A DNA stretch of 54,266 nucleotides, filler included, from Catajapyx aquilonaris (taxonomy: Eukaryota), in NCBI GenBank assembly GCA_000934665.2. It is 2 parts of 2 records of this genome, joined end to end, with 100 filler letters (N's around TTAATTAATTAA, not from the genome) between each part and the next. Parts side by side here need not be neighbours in the genome. Positions count along the whole stretch, not along the records: positions 27,162 to 54,266 come from KZ539289.1; 1 more part is not named here. One strand, written 5' to 3'. The translations under genes and the position numbers were made by a program. The notes below the pieces were generated by a model. The model worked only from the letters and a program-made list of their open reading frames with translations. It was not told where the DNA came from and searched no databases. The stretch's first letter is position 1. Each line of letters opens with the position of its first letter. Below are positions 37,306 through 49,731 of this stretch, in pieces.

Positions 37306-37812
37306 TTAATCGTTAATTTTCTGCAAGAAATAATACTTCACTGTTTCAGCGTCATCATTTCCAGAAATAGCACGGTTCAGGGATGTGTCGGGCTCTTCAT
37401 TTCGCTTTGTGACATCTCCATCACTTCCATTCACAAGCAGCTTGACGGTCTCCAGGTGACCATTGGCCGAAGAGTAGTGAAGAGGAGTGTTGCCCTCTCG
37501 GTCAACAGTGTTCACTTCGGCGCCACGCTCCATGAGACGCTGACATATCTGGACATGACCGCCTTCGGATGCAAAGGACAGTGCTGTGCGAAGGTGTGAG
37601 TCTCGAGCGTTGACGTCTGCCGAGTGCTTCAGCAGCACCTCTACGGCACTCAGATGGCCACCTTTGGCTGCCAGTATTAGCAGCGTGGCACCCAATTCGT
37701 TACTGGACTCTACATTTGCGCCGAATTCCAGGAAAATTTCCAAAATGTTGGGGTGTCCTTTTTCTGCAGCTAATATTTGGCTTGAGAGTGGTACATCTAT
37801 TTCTTCCTGCAT
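37306..37812 (-). CDS. Ankyrin-repeat exon (about 4 repeats plus a degenerate fifth)
   Basis: LAAEKGHPNILEIFLEFGANVE / GATLLILAAKGGHLSAVEVLLKHSADVN / LRTALSFASEGGHVQICQRLMERGAEVN / GNTPLHYSSANGHLETVKLLV at 33-aa spacing; acceptor upstream at 37835-37836; candidate in-frame donor after 37342 to unit D. Confidence 0.88.
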   Translation of the reverse strand: MQEEIDVPLSSQILAAEKGHPNILEIFLEFGANVESSNELGATLLILAAKGGHLSAVEVLLKHSADVNARDSHLRTALSFASEGGHVQICQRLMERGAEVNTVDREGNTPLHYSSANGHLETVKLLVNGSDGDVTKRNEEPDTSLNRAISGNDDAETVKYYFLQKIND

Positions 37813-37914
37813 GATGGACAGGCACGGGAGAAACCTGCGTAGTGCAAATAAATCGCAGTCTCAAACTGGAAGCTGTTTCTAATATCAGATGGAAAAGTAA
37901 CGGTCAGTTAATTA

Positions 37915-38098
37915 CCTTATTTGACGACATAATAAGACGCACGGGCGTATATTAAAGATGCATACCCATTTCAGCAGATCATATTCAGGAAAAAAATGTT
38001 CTTAGTGTATTTTCGTGTATAAGACGCAGCGCAATTTTTGAGCCTTTTTNNNNNNNNNNGGGGGGGGGGGAGTGCGACTTATATGTCGTCAAATAAGG
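37915..38098. mobile_element. TA-flanked pogo/Tc1-like MITE spanning a 10-N gap (38050-38059)
   Basis: TA|ccttatttgacgacataataagacgcac vs gtgcgacttatatgtcgtcaaataagg|TA, an inverted pair with TA flanks at 37913-37914 and 38099-38100. Confidence 0.75.
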
Positions 38099-38869
38099 TA
38101 AATACTCGGCATGTATTATTTTATCCGAGTATGTTGGCTGAATAGTGAAAACTTGTGCTTGAATGTTGAGAATGCGCATTTTTAACAATATTTTTCATAA
38201 CTGCCTGATCAGAGCCCTGCCAATTTTTACCACTATAATGACACGTTAGAGGGGCCCTTAGCGCTTAGGCTACAATATTATTTTATTTCACAATGAACTT
38301 ATAATAATGCTCCTGACATATCTAAAATGTAACTTCTATTAAACAGGACTTACGAGTGATGAACACAGTGGCCAACTATGAAGGTGAGACGTAAATTCTG
38401 AAGGTCTTGATCTTATCACCAGGTAGCCAAGGTGTTTGTGATAACTTGGGTTACATCATTATGATTAGTCCCAGGGATAATTACATCGATTTATTTTTCC
38501 AATGCACACGATTTGTAATTAAATAAAAATATGAAAATTGACGCACTGATGCACATGTAAACTCATAAAAAGTCATGGGATTTTCAGACTTTATTCATTG
38601 TCACCTCTTAACGACGAATAATTAGACGAGTATAATTAAATATATTTGAGAATTTCTGCAAAACATACGATGCTAAAGCATGTCAAACCCACCTAAACTT
38701 TTAACACAAGATATTATATAAAATCTAGAGCCGGAATGTAGAGGATCGGATTTATCATTTCAGATATGGAATGGCTGTATCCAATATCCCGTCTGTAAGA
38801 TAATTGCCCAGGGTAATTTCATTAATGTTGTGTGAGTTTAAGTTGTTGCATGTATCCCAATAACTTGCA

Positions 38870-41800
38870 TTATATTCTCAGGTTGATGATCAACTGAGAA
38901 AATGTTTCCTTGAATTGCTGAAGCTTCACTTCAAATTCGTGTTTCTTGGCACAAATGTTTTCGTCAATGAAGTCCAGCGCTTCAAGACACTCGTTCTTCA
39001 CATGCTGCTTTTCTTCTTCAGAAACGCCAGACCTTTCTTCCACCACCTGCTTCAGTTTGTACACGAAGTTCTCCAGATTTGTTTTGGCGATGTCTTTGTC
39101 CTTCTGCATTGCCTCGATGTTACTAAATATTTCTAGTTCCCCACGCATTTGTGACAATTCTTTTTGCCTCAGTTCACTATGTTTATAGAAGAACTGTGTT
39201 ACTTTGCATTCTCCACGCATTGTTTCTACACTCTTGGAGTTAAGAATCCCGTCGTCGTCGATGCTGACAGTGATCTCAATCTTAGGGCCCGAATCCATTC
39301 CATATCTTCTTTGGGTATCTCCTTGAAACTGGATAAACATGATTAAAATACATGATCAGGTAACGAAATTATAAAGATTTAAAGAATGAGATTCACAACT
39401 TACAGGAATATTTATGCACACAGATTTCGTATTTCGCACTTCGCACTTGCAACGTGCAATCTTCAATCGTTCCTTCAAAATTTCTATCATTCCGCCCTTA
39501 CACACGGCACCCAGAATTAATTTGGGGTCACTCCTGGTGTCCATCCAGGTGATTTTGTCTGCCAAGAGATCTTCTGAATTACAACTGCCGAAAAGATCAG
39601 TACTCTGGCCAATCATATTGACGACATGTTCGCTAATATCGCCATCCTCTGATTCGGTTGTGTCTGAGTTTGAGCCAAAATCGTCATGCAATTCGTCTGT
39701 AGTAAAATGGTACTGACATGGGTCTCTGGACATGGAATCATTACTGGAAATGACTTGAGAAACCACGGAGTCTCCTAAGTCCCCTGATGACTTATGCTCG
39801 TTGCACTCGTCAGCACTGTCAAAGTCCGATTCGCTGCTGGCTTCTTCGACATTTATGTCAGGAACGTTATCTTTGAAAACAGTGTCCCTGCTGTCAGATA
39901 TCCCTTTGCCACACTGGTCTCCAGACAGGCCATTCACTTTGTCAGTGATTGAAATCTCATTTGCAAGATCACTTGTATTGTCGACAAGTGATTCCGAGTT
40001 AATATCGTGAGGCGATTTCAGTTGATCGGATGGTTCAGAGACTAATAATAATCGATACTGATGAATACCATTATCATCTTTCGTGTCATGTTCATGGTTT
40101 ACACCTACACTGGGAACGTCTACCTCTTCCCGTGCATTTTGTGATTTGTTTATTGTACAACACTTCTGATCGTTTGCCACATGGGTCATGCTGCATTCTT
40201 GTACCTCTTTTGCAATTGGTTGGACAACCTTTTCTAAGTCGTGGTCTTGTGTTTCATTTTCACTGACACCTAGTTCACACACACTCTCAGGGAAAGGTCT
40301 GCCACAAAATATTGTCTCATCCTGGTTGATCATTTCCGCCTGGGTTTTGGTACCGTTTGCAGGTAGGTATTCATACTTGTTATTGCTTGACAACTCACTT
40401 TCCAGGCAGATGTTGTTGTCTTCTTCGTTGTTTATGGAATAAATCTCCAAATCTGACGTGAAGTCGCCTTTTATGTTCACTTGGTTCTGCAAGGAGTCAT
40501 TTTTGTCCTTGGCAGTTTCTTCGTCGCTGGAAGTAATTTGTGTGTGCTTATCATTTCCATCGACAGACTCTGATGATATTCCAGACGCGTCAGAGCCGAT
40601 TACACTGTCATCCTCGTCGTTTATAACGCCGTAAGCTGGTTTTGCAAAGTAAGTTCCATTTTCTCCCTTTACACCATCCTCATTGACCTCTGAACTGTCA
40701 GAGGAGCATCCATCTCCGGACCATTCCCTATGGGTCCGGTCATGTACACCTTCTTGAAGAAGTCTGCTGCAGGATAGTGTCTCACACAGATGATTGCTTC
40801 TCAGCTTTTGCACTTGACTGGTTTCAGTTCGGTCGAGTCGTAAGCTATCAGTGAGAAGAACACCTTGCACAGCTGCTCCATAAGCGACTATTTCCTCCGG
40901 ATCGATGCCCTGAGCTAGTTCTTTCAAACTGAAAAAATTCTTCGCCATCTCCCTCAATTTTGGTATTCGAGTCGACCCACCCACCATGACCACGTGCTCT
41001 ATTTGACTCCTGTGTATTTTGGCCTTGCTCAGTGCTTGTTCCACTACAATTAGCGTGATGTTGATAATTTCTGTGCAGAGAGCTTCCAAGTGCTCTCTTG
41101 TAACCTGTAACAATGAGATAGGCATACAATATATTATTGTACACAAGAGACATTGCTGCTGCATAATGAATGACTGATTAGGAGTATGTAACTATACTGT
41201 ATTATATGTTCCAGTTTGATAGCACACCTTGCAAGAGAAGTCCCGTCCTTTCCATAAATTGTGGATTTCTAGCACAGTCTCATTTTGGAAGGAAAGAGTT
41301 TTCTTGGCTTCCTCGCACGCTGGGTAGAATTTCGACATGGCATCTTCATCACTCCTAAAATCTGGATTATAGTCTTGTAATATTCCATACATGCATTGCG
41401 ACACCATCAGCTGATCTATGTTCTTGCCTCCCAGCATCTCGTGACTCTCGCTCAAAACCATCTTCGGGTTAAAATCATACACATTCAACACCGACACTTC
41501 GAAAGCGTATGTGCCCATGTCATACACCAGAACAAGACCTGCGTCCTTGAGATTATTTTTGTGGCAGTAAGCAAGGGCAGCAGCAGTGGAATTGTCAATG
41601 ACGTGAAGGAGGTTGACACTGGCAATGTTTGCGACACCAGTTGTCGCTTGGTTTCGTTGGTAATCGTTGAAATATGTCGGCACAGTCATTACTGCTTGCG
41701 TCGCTGAATGACCTAGGAATCTCTCGGCGTTGACAATCATTTTGATCAATATCCTGGACATGATGCGTTCAGGGTAGTACTCTTGCTTACTCCCATAATT

Positions 41801-42185
41801 ATTCACCGATACCTGGGCTTTACCTACAGTCAATGACACTCGAAATGGCCAGTAAAATCTCCTTGTCGGTAGGAGTGTGCCGTCTTCAGCTCGTCCGATC
41901 AGACGCTTTACATCAAACACTGTGTTCTTCCGGTTCCGGCCCAACTGTAAATAGTTCATAACCGGTTAGATACCTGAAAATGTCATAACAATAATTTTTT
42001 ACTTGATTTTTGGCGGGTTCTCCGACGAGTATTTCCGTGTCGGTGAATGAGACGTAACTGGGAATAAACGCCCTTTTTGTACTGTGGTCAGGAATGATTT
42101 GAATTTGTCCATTTTTCCATACTGCGATTCTGGCCTCGGACGTGCCCAGGTCGATCCCAACAACAGGCGTACTTTCATAAGCCAT
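38870..42185 (-). CDS. HSP70-like gene E (about 1019 aa): divergent NBD, very large acidic/Ser-rich insertion, degenerate SBD
   Basis: Exons 42185-42003, 41944-41228, 41104-39404, 39328-38870, phase 0 GT-AG, no stops or frameshifts. [67 protein letters not shown]. Confidence 0.88.
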
Positions 42186-42671
42186 TTTTGTCACATCTTC
42201 AGAGAAAACCTTTTTTTATACTACACATCGGACACCTGCAAACATATTTAAAATCAGTTGACGATTGGTCATCTCCGTACTTACTCCGTACCTGCTTCAC
42301 ACCTTGCCTAAAAGCAAATTCCAAGCCTGATTGTTCGTTCTTGTATAGTATAGCATGACACTAGCCTACTGCTAATCACGGTATTTATGTTTGACATGGA
42401 CCACTTATCTGTAACTTGCAATGGCCGCCCATTGTGATAATCACAATCAGCTCAGCACTAATACCACACTCTAATCTACTGATATCATTTTAACACATTC
42501 ATGAGGGCGTTACAATATTTGCTATTAATATCAGGCACAGAATGTGCGAATTCTCTTAAACTGTAGTATAAAAATATTTTCAACGTGTAAGTTACTAAAA
42601 TATAACCCATATGTGTGGAAAAAATACGAGATATTAGTGCGTGACGGTCATTGTTTATTGCCATTGGGACG

Positions 42672-44915
42672 TTACATTCGTACAGAGCTCAGTTGCAAAC
42701 CCAGGTACTCTTGCTCCAGCTTCTTCTTCTGATGCTCGAACTCTTCCTTCTCCGCGTTATGGTTTGAATCCAGCCATTCCAGCACCTCGTAGCATCTTTC
42801 GGTCAGGATCTTCATCTTGGGCACGTTCGACACTTTCTTCTTCAAGTCGTACACGTAGTGTTCCAGATTGATCCTGGCTGTGGCCTGGTCCTTCTTTTTC
42901 TGGTCCAGCTTGCGGAATTTCTCAGCTTCCTGGACCATCCTGTCGATTTCTGCCTCGCTTAGACGGCCCTTCTCGTTCTTGATGGTCACGTTGCGGCTGT
43001 TACCCGTGAAGGCGTCCACCGCTTTGACCTTGAGGATTCCGTTGACATCGACGTCGAAAGTGACCCGGAGTTCAGGTCCGCCTCTGGGTGCAGGAGGAAT
43101 GTCAGTCAGAGTGAACGAATCCAGAAGGTTGTTGCCCTCGGTCATGGCCCTCTCACCCTCGTATATCTTGAAAAAATACATTACACATTACCCACATTAC
43201 CTTCTAATAGTAGGATAAATGAGTGCTTCCGTTTTTGTCCTGTACTGTCAGGACTTACTTGGAAATGGACGTCCTCTTGGTTGTCGTGGCAGGTTGTAAA
43301 CACTTGTGTTTCCTTGCACGGAACGCCTGTGTTCCTCTCCACGATCACGGCCATAATTCCTCCTTCGATCTCGACTCCAAGAGACAACGGTGTCACGTCT
43401 TCCAGCACCACTTCTTTTATGTAGTCACCTGGATCCGAATCTGTCGACCGGTCGCCTTGCTTTCGACTTATGGCCGCTGCCTGAATGGCTGCCCCAAAGG
43501 CCACCGCTTCATCCGGATGTATGCTCTTGCAAGGTTCTTTTCCGTCGAAAAAATCAGTCACCAGCTGACGTATCATTGGAATCCGGGTCGATCCTCCGAC
43601 CAGAACTACGTCGTCGATTTGACTCTTGTCCAGCTTGGAGTCCTTCAAGGCCGATTCGACAGTTTTTAGAGTCTTACGGAACAAGTCCATGCACAGGTCT
43701 TCGAATCGGGCTCGTCTTATCTGCGTTGCAAAAATTATTTCACAGTTACCTTCTTGGACAATCATTATGTAAAAGTGGGAGATGATTCCTTCAATGAGAG
43801 ATGGGTACTCACCTTCTGGACAAAGTTTATATCTCCACAAATGCGGTCCACTGCCACTGTTGCTTCGTTCGCAAGGGACAGTGTCCTTTTAGCCTCCTCG
43901 CAGGCGGTACGGAGACGTCGAAGGGGCTTCGGAAGAGCTCTGAGATCCTTTCCGTGCAGCACCTTGAACTCTTTGACAAAGTAGTCCAAGAGACAGTTGT
44001 CAAAGTCCTCTCCGCCAAGATGGGTGTTTCCAGCTGTCGACAGCACCTTTAAGTGAGTGCCCTTGATGGTCAGCACCGAGACGTCAAATGTTCCTCCTCC
44101 GAGGTCATACACAAGGATGTTGTTGGCCTCCTTCAGCTTCTTGTCCAATCCGTAGGCCAAGGCTGCTGCTGTCGGTTCGTTTATTATGCGAAGGACGTTC
44201 AGACCAGCTATTTTCCCTGCGTCTTTTGTGGACTGTCGTTGGGCGTCGTTGAAGTAAGCAGGTACCGTCACAACTGCGTCGGTCACCTTCATGCCCAGGA
44301 AATTTTCGGCCGATTCCTTCAGACTGCCCAAAATCATGGCGCTTATCTCTTCAGGGTGGTACTTCCATGTCCTCCCTTCATGCTCGACCTTTATTAGAGG
44401 CTTGTTCTTCTCGCTGACCACATTGAAGTTCCAGAGGTTGATGTCGTATTGAACTACAGGGTCGTCGTATGTACGGCCAATGAGCCGCTTTGCATCGAAA
44501 ATTGTGTTTTCTGGATTTACTGCCACCTTAAACGAATTCATTCTATAAGGTTATGATGCAGGTAAATCGACATCATATTTCTATCCAGTTTCAACGTGTC
44601 ACTGATTTATCTACATTTTTATAGACAATTTACTTTCAATAACAAGTTGCAGAAACACACGCAATCAAGCATTACCCTGCCATTCACATTTCCGCACTTG
44701 AATATTAACGTAATAATTATTTGTTTACTTATTCTCACCTGTGCCTTGGCTGCGTCGCCGATAAGCCTCTCTGTGTCTGTGAATGCGACATAACTCGGTG
44801 TGATCAGATTTCCCTGATCGTTTGGGATGATCTCGACTTTATTGTTCTGCCAGACAGCCACACACGAATGAGTCGTGCCTAAGTCTATGCCGATTGCCGG
44901 AGCTCTCCTGGACAT
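42672..44915 (-). CDS. HSP70-like gene F (about 615 aa), closest paralogue of C, no EEVD
   Basis: Exons 44915-44739, 44526-43813, 43720-43259, 43166-42672; all HSP70 signatures intact; [23 protein letters not shown]; ends LQLSSVRM. Confidence 0.93.
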
Positions 44916-45988
44916 TTTCGCCTGAAAATCAACGTCACAGAATGAGCCTATTAAGACGCATGTCCTGTAATAGTGATTTACTGTAGCTCCACGTACCTAA
45001 TAATTTCGATGCCCTGCGAACTATGCAGAAGTTGGAGAAGCGCTGGACGGGAAAGAATTGTACAGTTCTCCTAAGAGAATATTAAAAGTATTTTTTCATC
45101 CCGATAAGCTCACCTCGGGATCCTTAGTTTTCTCAAATCTGCAGTGAGGTGGAACGATAAGATGCGAGCTGAAATGATAAGCTGTAAGGCTAATCGCAGA
45201 CGTCTGATTGGTGCACTCTTATGTAAATTCGTTCTCTGATTGGTCAGAAAATGTAGTCAGTCATCCGGATATTCCGCAAAGTTTAGTGCACATTAAATTA
45301 TCAAAATGCATAATAAATATGGTTCATTGAAGCAGTCTACAATTATTCACATTTTTGGGAAGTAACTTCTTTATGTATAACCTCGGCTATACCCTCTGCT
45401 TTTTCCGATAGCACTACTCTGCAATATATTTTTAAAATAAAAACTTTATGTGAACGTAGGATAGAATGATAAATAAAGCTGACCCAGTCATAACATAATG
45501 ATGGTAACAATCAGTAGGACGTACTATCGCTATGGCACTGTAACAGACACATTAATTTTCTCAGTGATAACAAATGCATTAATAACTATCTCCTAAAACT
45601 ATAAGCTGCGGTTTTTGATTGATCACTACTAGAATGTCAATCATATTCTTTGACATTTCCTTGTCTCCGGATTATAGTTCTTCGAAGTGAACGCAAACTC
45701 CACCTGTCACAGGACAAGGAGAGGATGAGGCCCAAACGGGACCTATGGGTCATAGGTCCGTGATAAATATTAAGCGCAGTGGACTTAATCAACAAGTAAT
45801 GGCAATTGGCCCCATTTAACACATTACACACATCCCTGACCTTGCTTTTCAACACATTATGACATATGCTTCAAATCCCCCTTCCTTTCCCCTGATTGCA
45901 TCCAACACACCAATCAAATAAACCTCTTCACAATCAATGAATCAATCCGTACACTTCGCTCATTTTAAAATGTTTGCAACAATGGACT

Positions 45989-46180
45989 CCAAAATAAAGA
46001 ACACTCGATGATGCAATAATGGGGGAGGATAGGTCATACAAACTCACTAAAATTAACACTTCAAAGTGCGTTCAACATTTCCCCAAAATAAAGAATACCT
46101 GATGATGTAACCATGGGACGAATAGGACATGCCACTCACTGAACCTCACACTTGACGTGCGTTCAACCTGACCCCCCAAA
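45989..46180. repeat. Degenerate tandem repeat, about 94-bp unit x2
   Basis: ccaaaataaagaa...gatgatg...atggg...atagg.cat...actcact.aa....acactt...gtgcgttcaac recurs from 45989 and 46083. Confidence 0.7.
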
Positions 46181-47602
46181 TCCCTCAACAATGAACCCTG
46201 AACCCCGGTTCAACAGTACTGTACCATCAGCAACAGGGACTCCCAAAACCAATATAACACTGAATACTTAAATGCCAGTATCAGCAGCTCCTCCGGACAC
46301 CCACACATCGTGAAGCTCAAAAAAGGTATGAGTCCAAAACAAACAAAAAAAAAGGGGGGGGGGGGCTGTTCAGGCAAGGTCAGCTAACTCGGTCGGAGGG
46401 AAGGCAATGGCCCCATTTCCCCAACGTCACATTCAACTGTGACACCACCTCTCTTTAGCATGTGTAATATTATGAAGTTAATTCTTGTAGGTGACCCCAG
46501 CTTTTTCTGCAGTTATAAAGACCCATATTTTTATCATGCGGATATCATAATAAACGATCGTTCGGCCATCATTTCATGCCTGACTATTATATCGAGGTTC
46601 AAACGTAGGTTCAAACTAATACGTAAGTTCTTCTGATATTGAGACCTGCAGTTTTTTTTGACACTCAGATTAAGAGAGTAGGCGTCTTTGTGTCAGATAA
46701 TTCTCGTTTCCTGCAGTTTCCGTAAAGTCTTCGGTTAAAAAATAACAACATAATGAATCAACTTCAAGCCCAATGTGTAACTTATCACCTGATAGAAGCA
46801 GTGTACTTTATCAAGTGCCCTACCGGCCGGCCTTCGGACAGGAATATCGGTGATGCCCTCTGCGTAATATTACCCTCATTATCTACTGCAATACCAAGAA
46901 TTGTTGCGTAAATGTATACCTGCTATCAACGTGCCATTTGTGTTTCTTTACGCAAAAATACAGCATGATAAGTAAATGATATAGCATGATCCTTCATCAT
47001 TTCTAGGAAAAGAAGAGAGGTTTAATTTCTCATGTTGTACAGGTCTCTTTGGGCCTAACAAGACTAGTTTGAAAATGAGGGTGAGAAAAATAATAAAAAG
47101 AAACATTATTCGATAATAATCGATGTTAATATCATTGCATGTTAAAATATAGGCCTGACACAAAGCGGGGAAAATTACAGTCGAAATGATTATGATTTAC
47201 TCTGGTTGGTGCAATTGCCCCAAAAATCACGCCACAAGTTCTTTATGCCATTGTTTTTACGGTGCATTCTCCAAGTTCCGAGTAGTGTTTAGAAATACTG
47301 CAGTAATCTAAACTAACTGTGCATGAGGTTTTTACTGTCATAACATTAAAAAAAAATATTAATGCACATGCAAATTACAGATTTGGGTAGAAAGCAATGT
47401 TGCTAAAAAATTTTAATGTTCTACATCTTTATTCTTGCACAATTATTTTCTGACAATGCGTCTCCTACTACCCCAATGAAATTATACTGTAAGATGATTG
47501 TTATGAAGAGCTAGTTAATATTAGCTGATTATTTCCAGACAACGCAACCGGCTGTTACACAAATCAAGCAAAATGGCATTATTTTACACAATTTTGATGT
47601 TC

Positions 47603-49731
47603 CTACGTATCGCTACCATGAACATTCGACCATTCATTTCTAAGTTCGTTCAGTTTCTCCTCGAACTCTTCTTTGCTCGACATTAGGTTTTCTTCGATCC
47701 AGTCCAGGACAGAACTGCACATTTTCTTCAGATTTGACTTCTGCTCATCTGAAATGACTTTGCCACCAGTTTTACTGTCCAGCTTCTTCCTGACCGATAA
47801 GGCGTATTTTTCCAATTCATTTTTGGCCTTAAGTGTAACTTGTCTCTTCCCGTCTTCTTCCCTTTGCCTGTCCTCTTCCCTCTTCATCTGGTCAAGCTCA
47901 TCCTGGCTGAATCGTGCTCTTGAATTAGTTATGGTTATGCTTTGTCCATGGCCATGCACGGTTTCGACTGTGTTGACACTCAGAATTCCATCCTCGTCCA
48001 CTTCAAATGTGACCCGAAACCTTAGTCTTCCAGCTTGTTTCAAAGGAAAGTCTGTCAAGGTAAATGAATCCAGAAGGTTGTTTTCGTCAGTGTCTTCATT
48101 CTCGCCTTCATACACCTGCAGAAAGTATAGCAACTCATGTCGTGTAGCTGTTACTGTATGGTGATAAAGACTTTGAAAATGGAAGATGTACTCACGCTTA
48201 TTGGGATTGACTCTTGGTTATCTTTAACAGTCGTGTACATTTTGGACATCTTGCACGGGACGGTGGTATTTTTTGGCAAAATAACGCTCATTTTATGTCC
48301 CTCCACCTGCAACCCAAGTGACATTGGTATTACGTCCTCCAGCACCATCTCGTTTATTCGATGACCTTCGTGGTCTTTGTGAAGAGCAGCGGCATGTACC
48401 GCAGCACCATTGGCCACCGCTTCTTCCGGATGGACATTCTGACACAGCTCCTTGTTGTCGAAGAACTCTCTGACCATCTCCTTCACCCTTGGGATGCGAG
48501 TACAGCCGCCAACCAAAACCACGTCTTCGATGTCATCCTTGCTCAGTTTGGCGTCTGTCAGAGCCTGCTGCACAATGTCCAAAGTCTTTTTGAAAAGGTC
48601 ATCGCAAAGGTCGTTGAACCTGTGCCTTGATATCTGGAAATGCCAAAGACACATATAATTAGGATAATTAATTCTGGTGAAAAGCCTACCTTGTAATTTA
48701 GATGGATTTCTTCGCAAATGTTGTCTACAACGACAGGTGCTTCCAGGCTGGAAGAAAGAGTTTGCTTGGCCTTCTCGCAGGCCACTCTCAGTCGCTGCAT
48801 GGCCTTGTGATTGCCCGTGATGTCCTTCTCGTGCTTTTCCTTCAACTTATCGACATAGAAGTCCACCATTAGGTTGTCCAAGTCTCTCCCTCCCAAGTGG
48901 GTGTCGCCGCAGGTCGACTTAACCTTGAAGGTCAATCCTTTGATGACGAGAACCGTGACGTCGAAGGTTCCTCCACCAAAGTCGTACACCAGAACTGTAC
49001 GCTCTTCCGTCGCATTGTTTTCCAATCCATAAGCAATGGCTGCTGCTGTCGGTTCGTTGATTATTCGTAGTATGTTCAGACCAAGCGATTTTCCCTGCGT
49101 CTTTAGTCGCTTGTCTTTGGGCGTCGTTGAAGTAGGCAGGTACCGTCACCACTGCGTCGGTCACCTTCATCCGCAGATCTTTCTCTGCCGCTGCTTTCAA
49201 ATTGGATAGCACCATTGAACTTATCTGCTCAGGTTTAAACCGCCTTTTCTTTCCCTGATGCTGGACCTCAATTTGTGGCTTATTGTTGTCTCTCACTACG
49301 CCGAAGCACCAGGATCTCATGTCCCTTTGAACTTCAGGATCATCATAAGTGCGGCCAATCAGGCGCTTGGAGTCGAACACAGTAGTTTCTGGTGTCATAA
49401 CCATCTGAAATTGTTAAATGTACATCTCAAACAATAAAAATGCCGTCTTACAAATGATTTGTTATGCATGTGCAATGGCGTAAAAATTATTATCAGGTTA
49501 CATGCAAACTTGTCGCAAATGTTGGACAACATATCTAGATACTCATAGCCTCACCTGCTCTTTGGCGGCGTCCCCTATAATCCTCTCTTGCTCGGTGAAG
49601 GAGACGTAACTTGGCGTCACTCGAGATCCATTTGAATTGAAAAATATCTTGACACCATTATCCTTCCACACAGCAATGCATGAACATGTTGTGCCCAAAT
49701 CTATTCCCACAGCTGGTCCTCTCTCTGACAT
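47603..49731 (-). pseudogene. HSP70-like gene G with a single +1 frameshift (recent pseudogene or sequencing error); closest paralogue of B
   Basis: Exons 49731-49555, 49404-48690 (715 nt vs 714 in C and F), 48633-48196, 48115-47603. Extra T at 49083/49084 turns ATC GCT GGT CTG (IAGL) into ATC GCT TGG TCT; the rest is intact. Confidence 0.8.

Noticed and set aside
29459..48658. Many antisense/alternative-frame ORFs over the HSP70 exons (e.g. 29459-29890, 32539-33042, 43223-43669, 47673-48164)
   Set aside because: Shadow ORFs from codon bias on the opposite strand; no recognisable domains.
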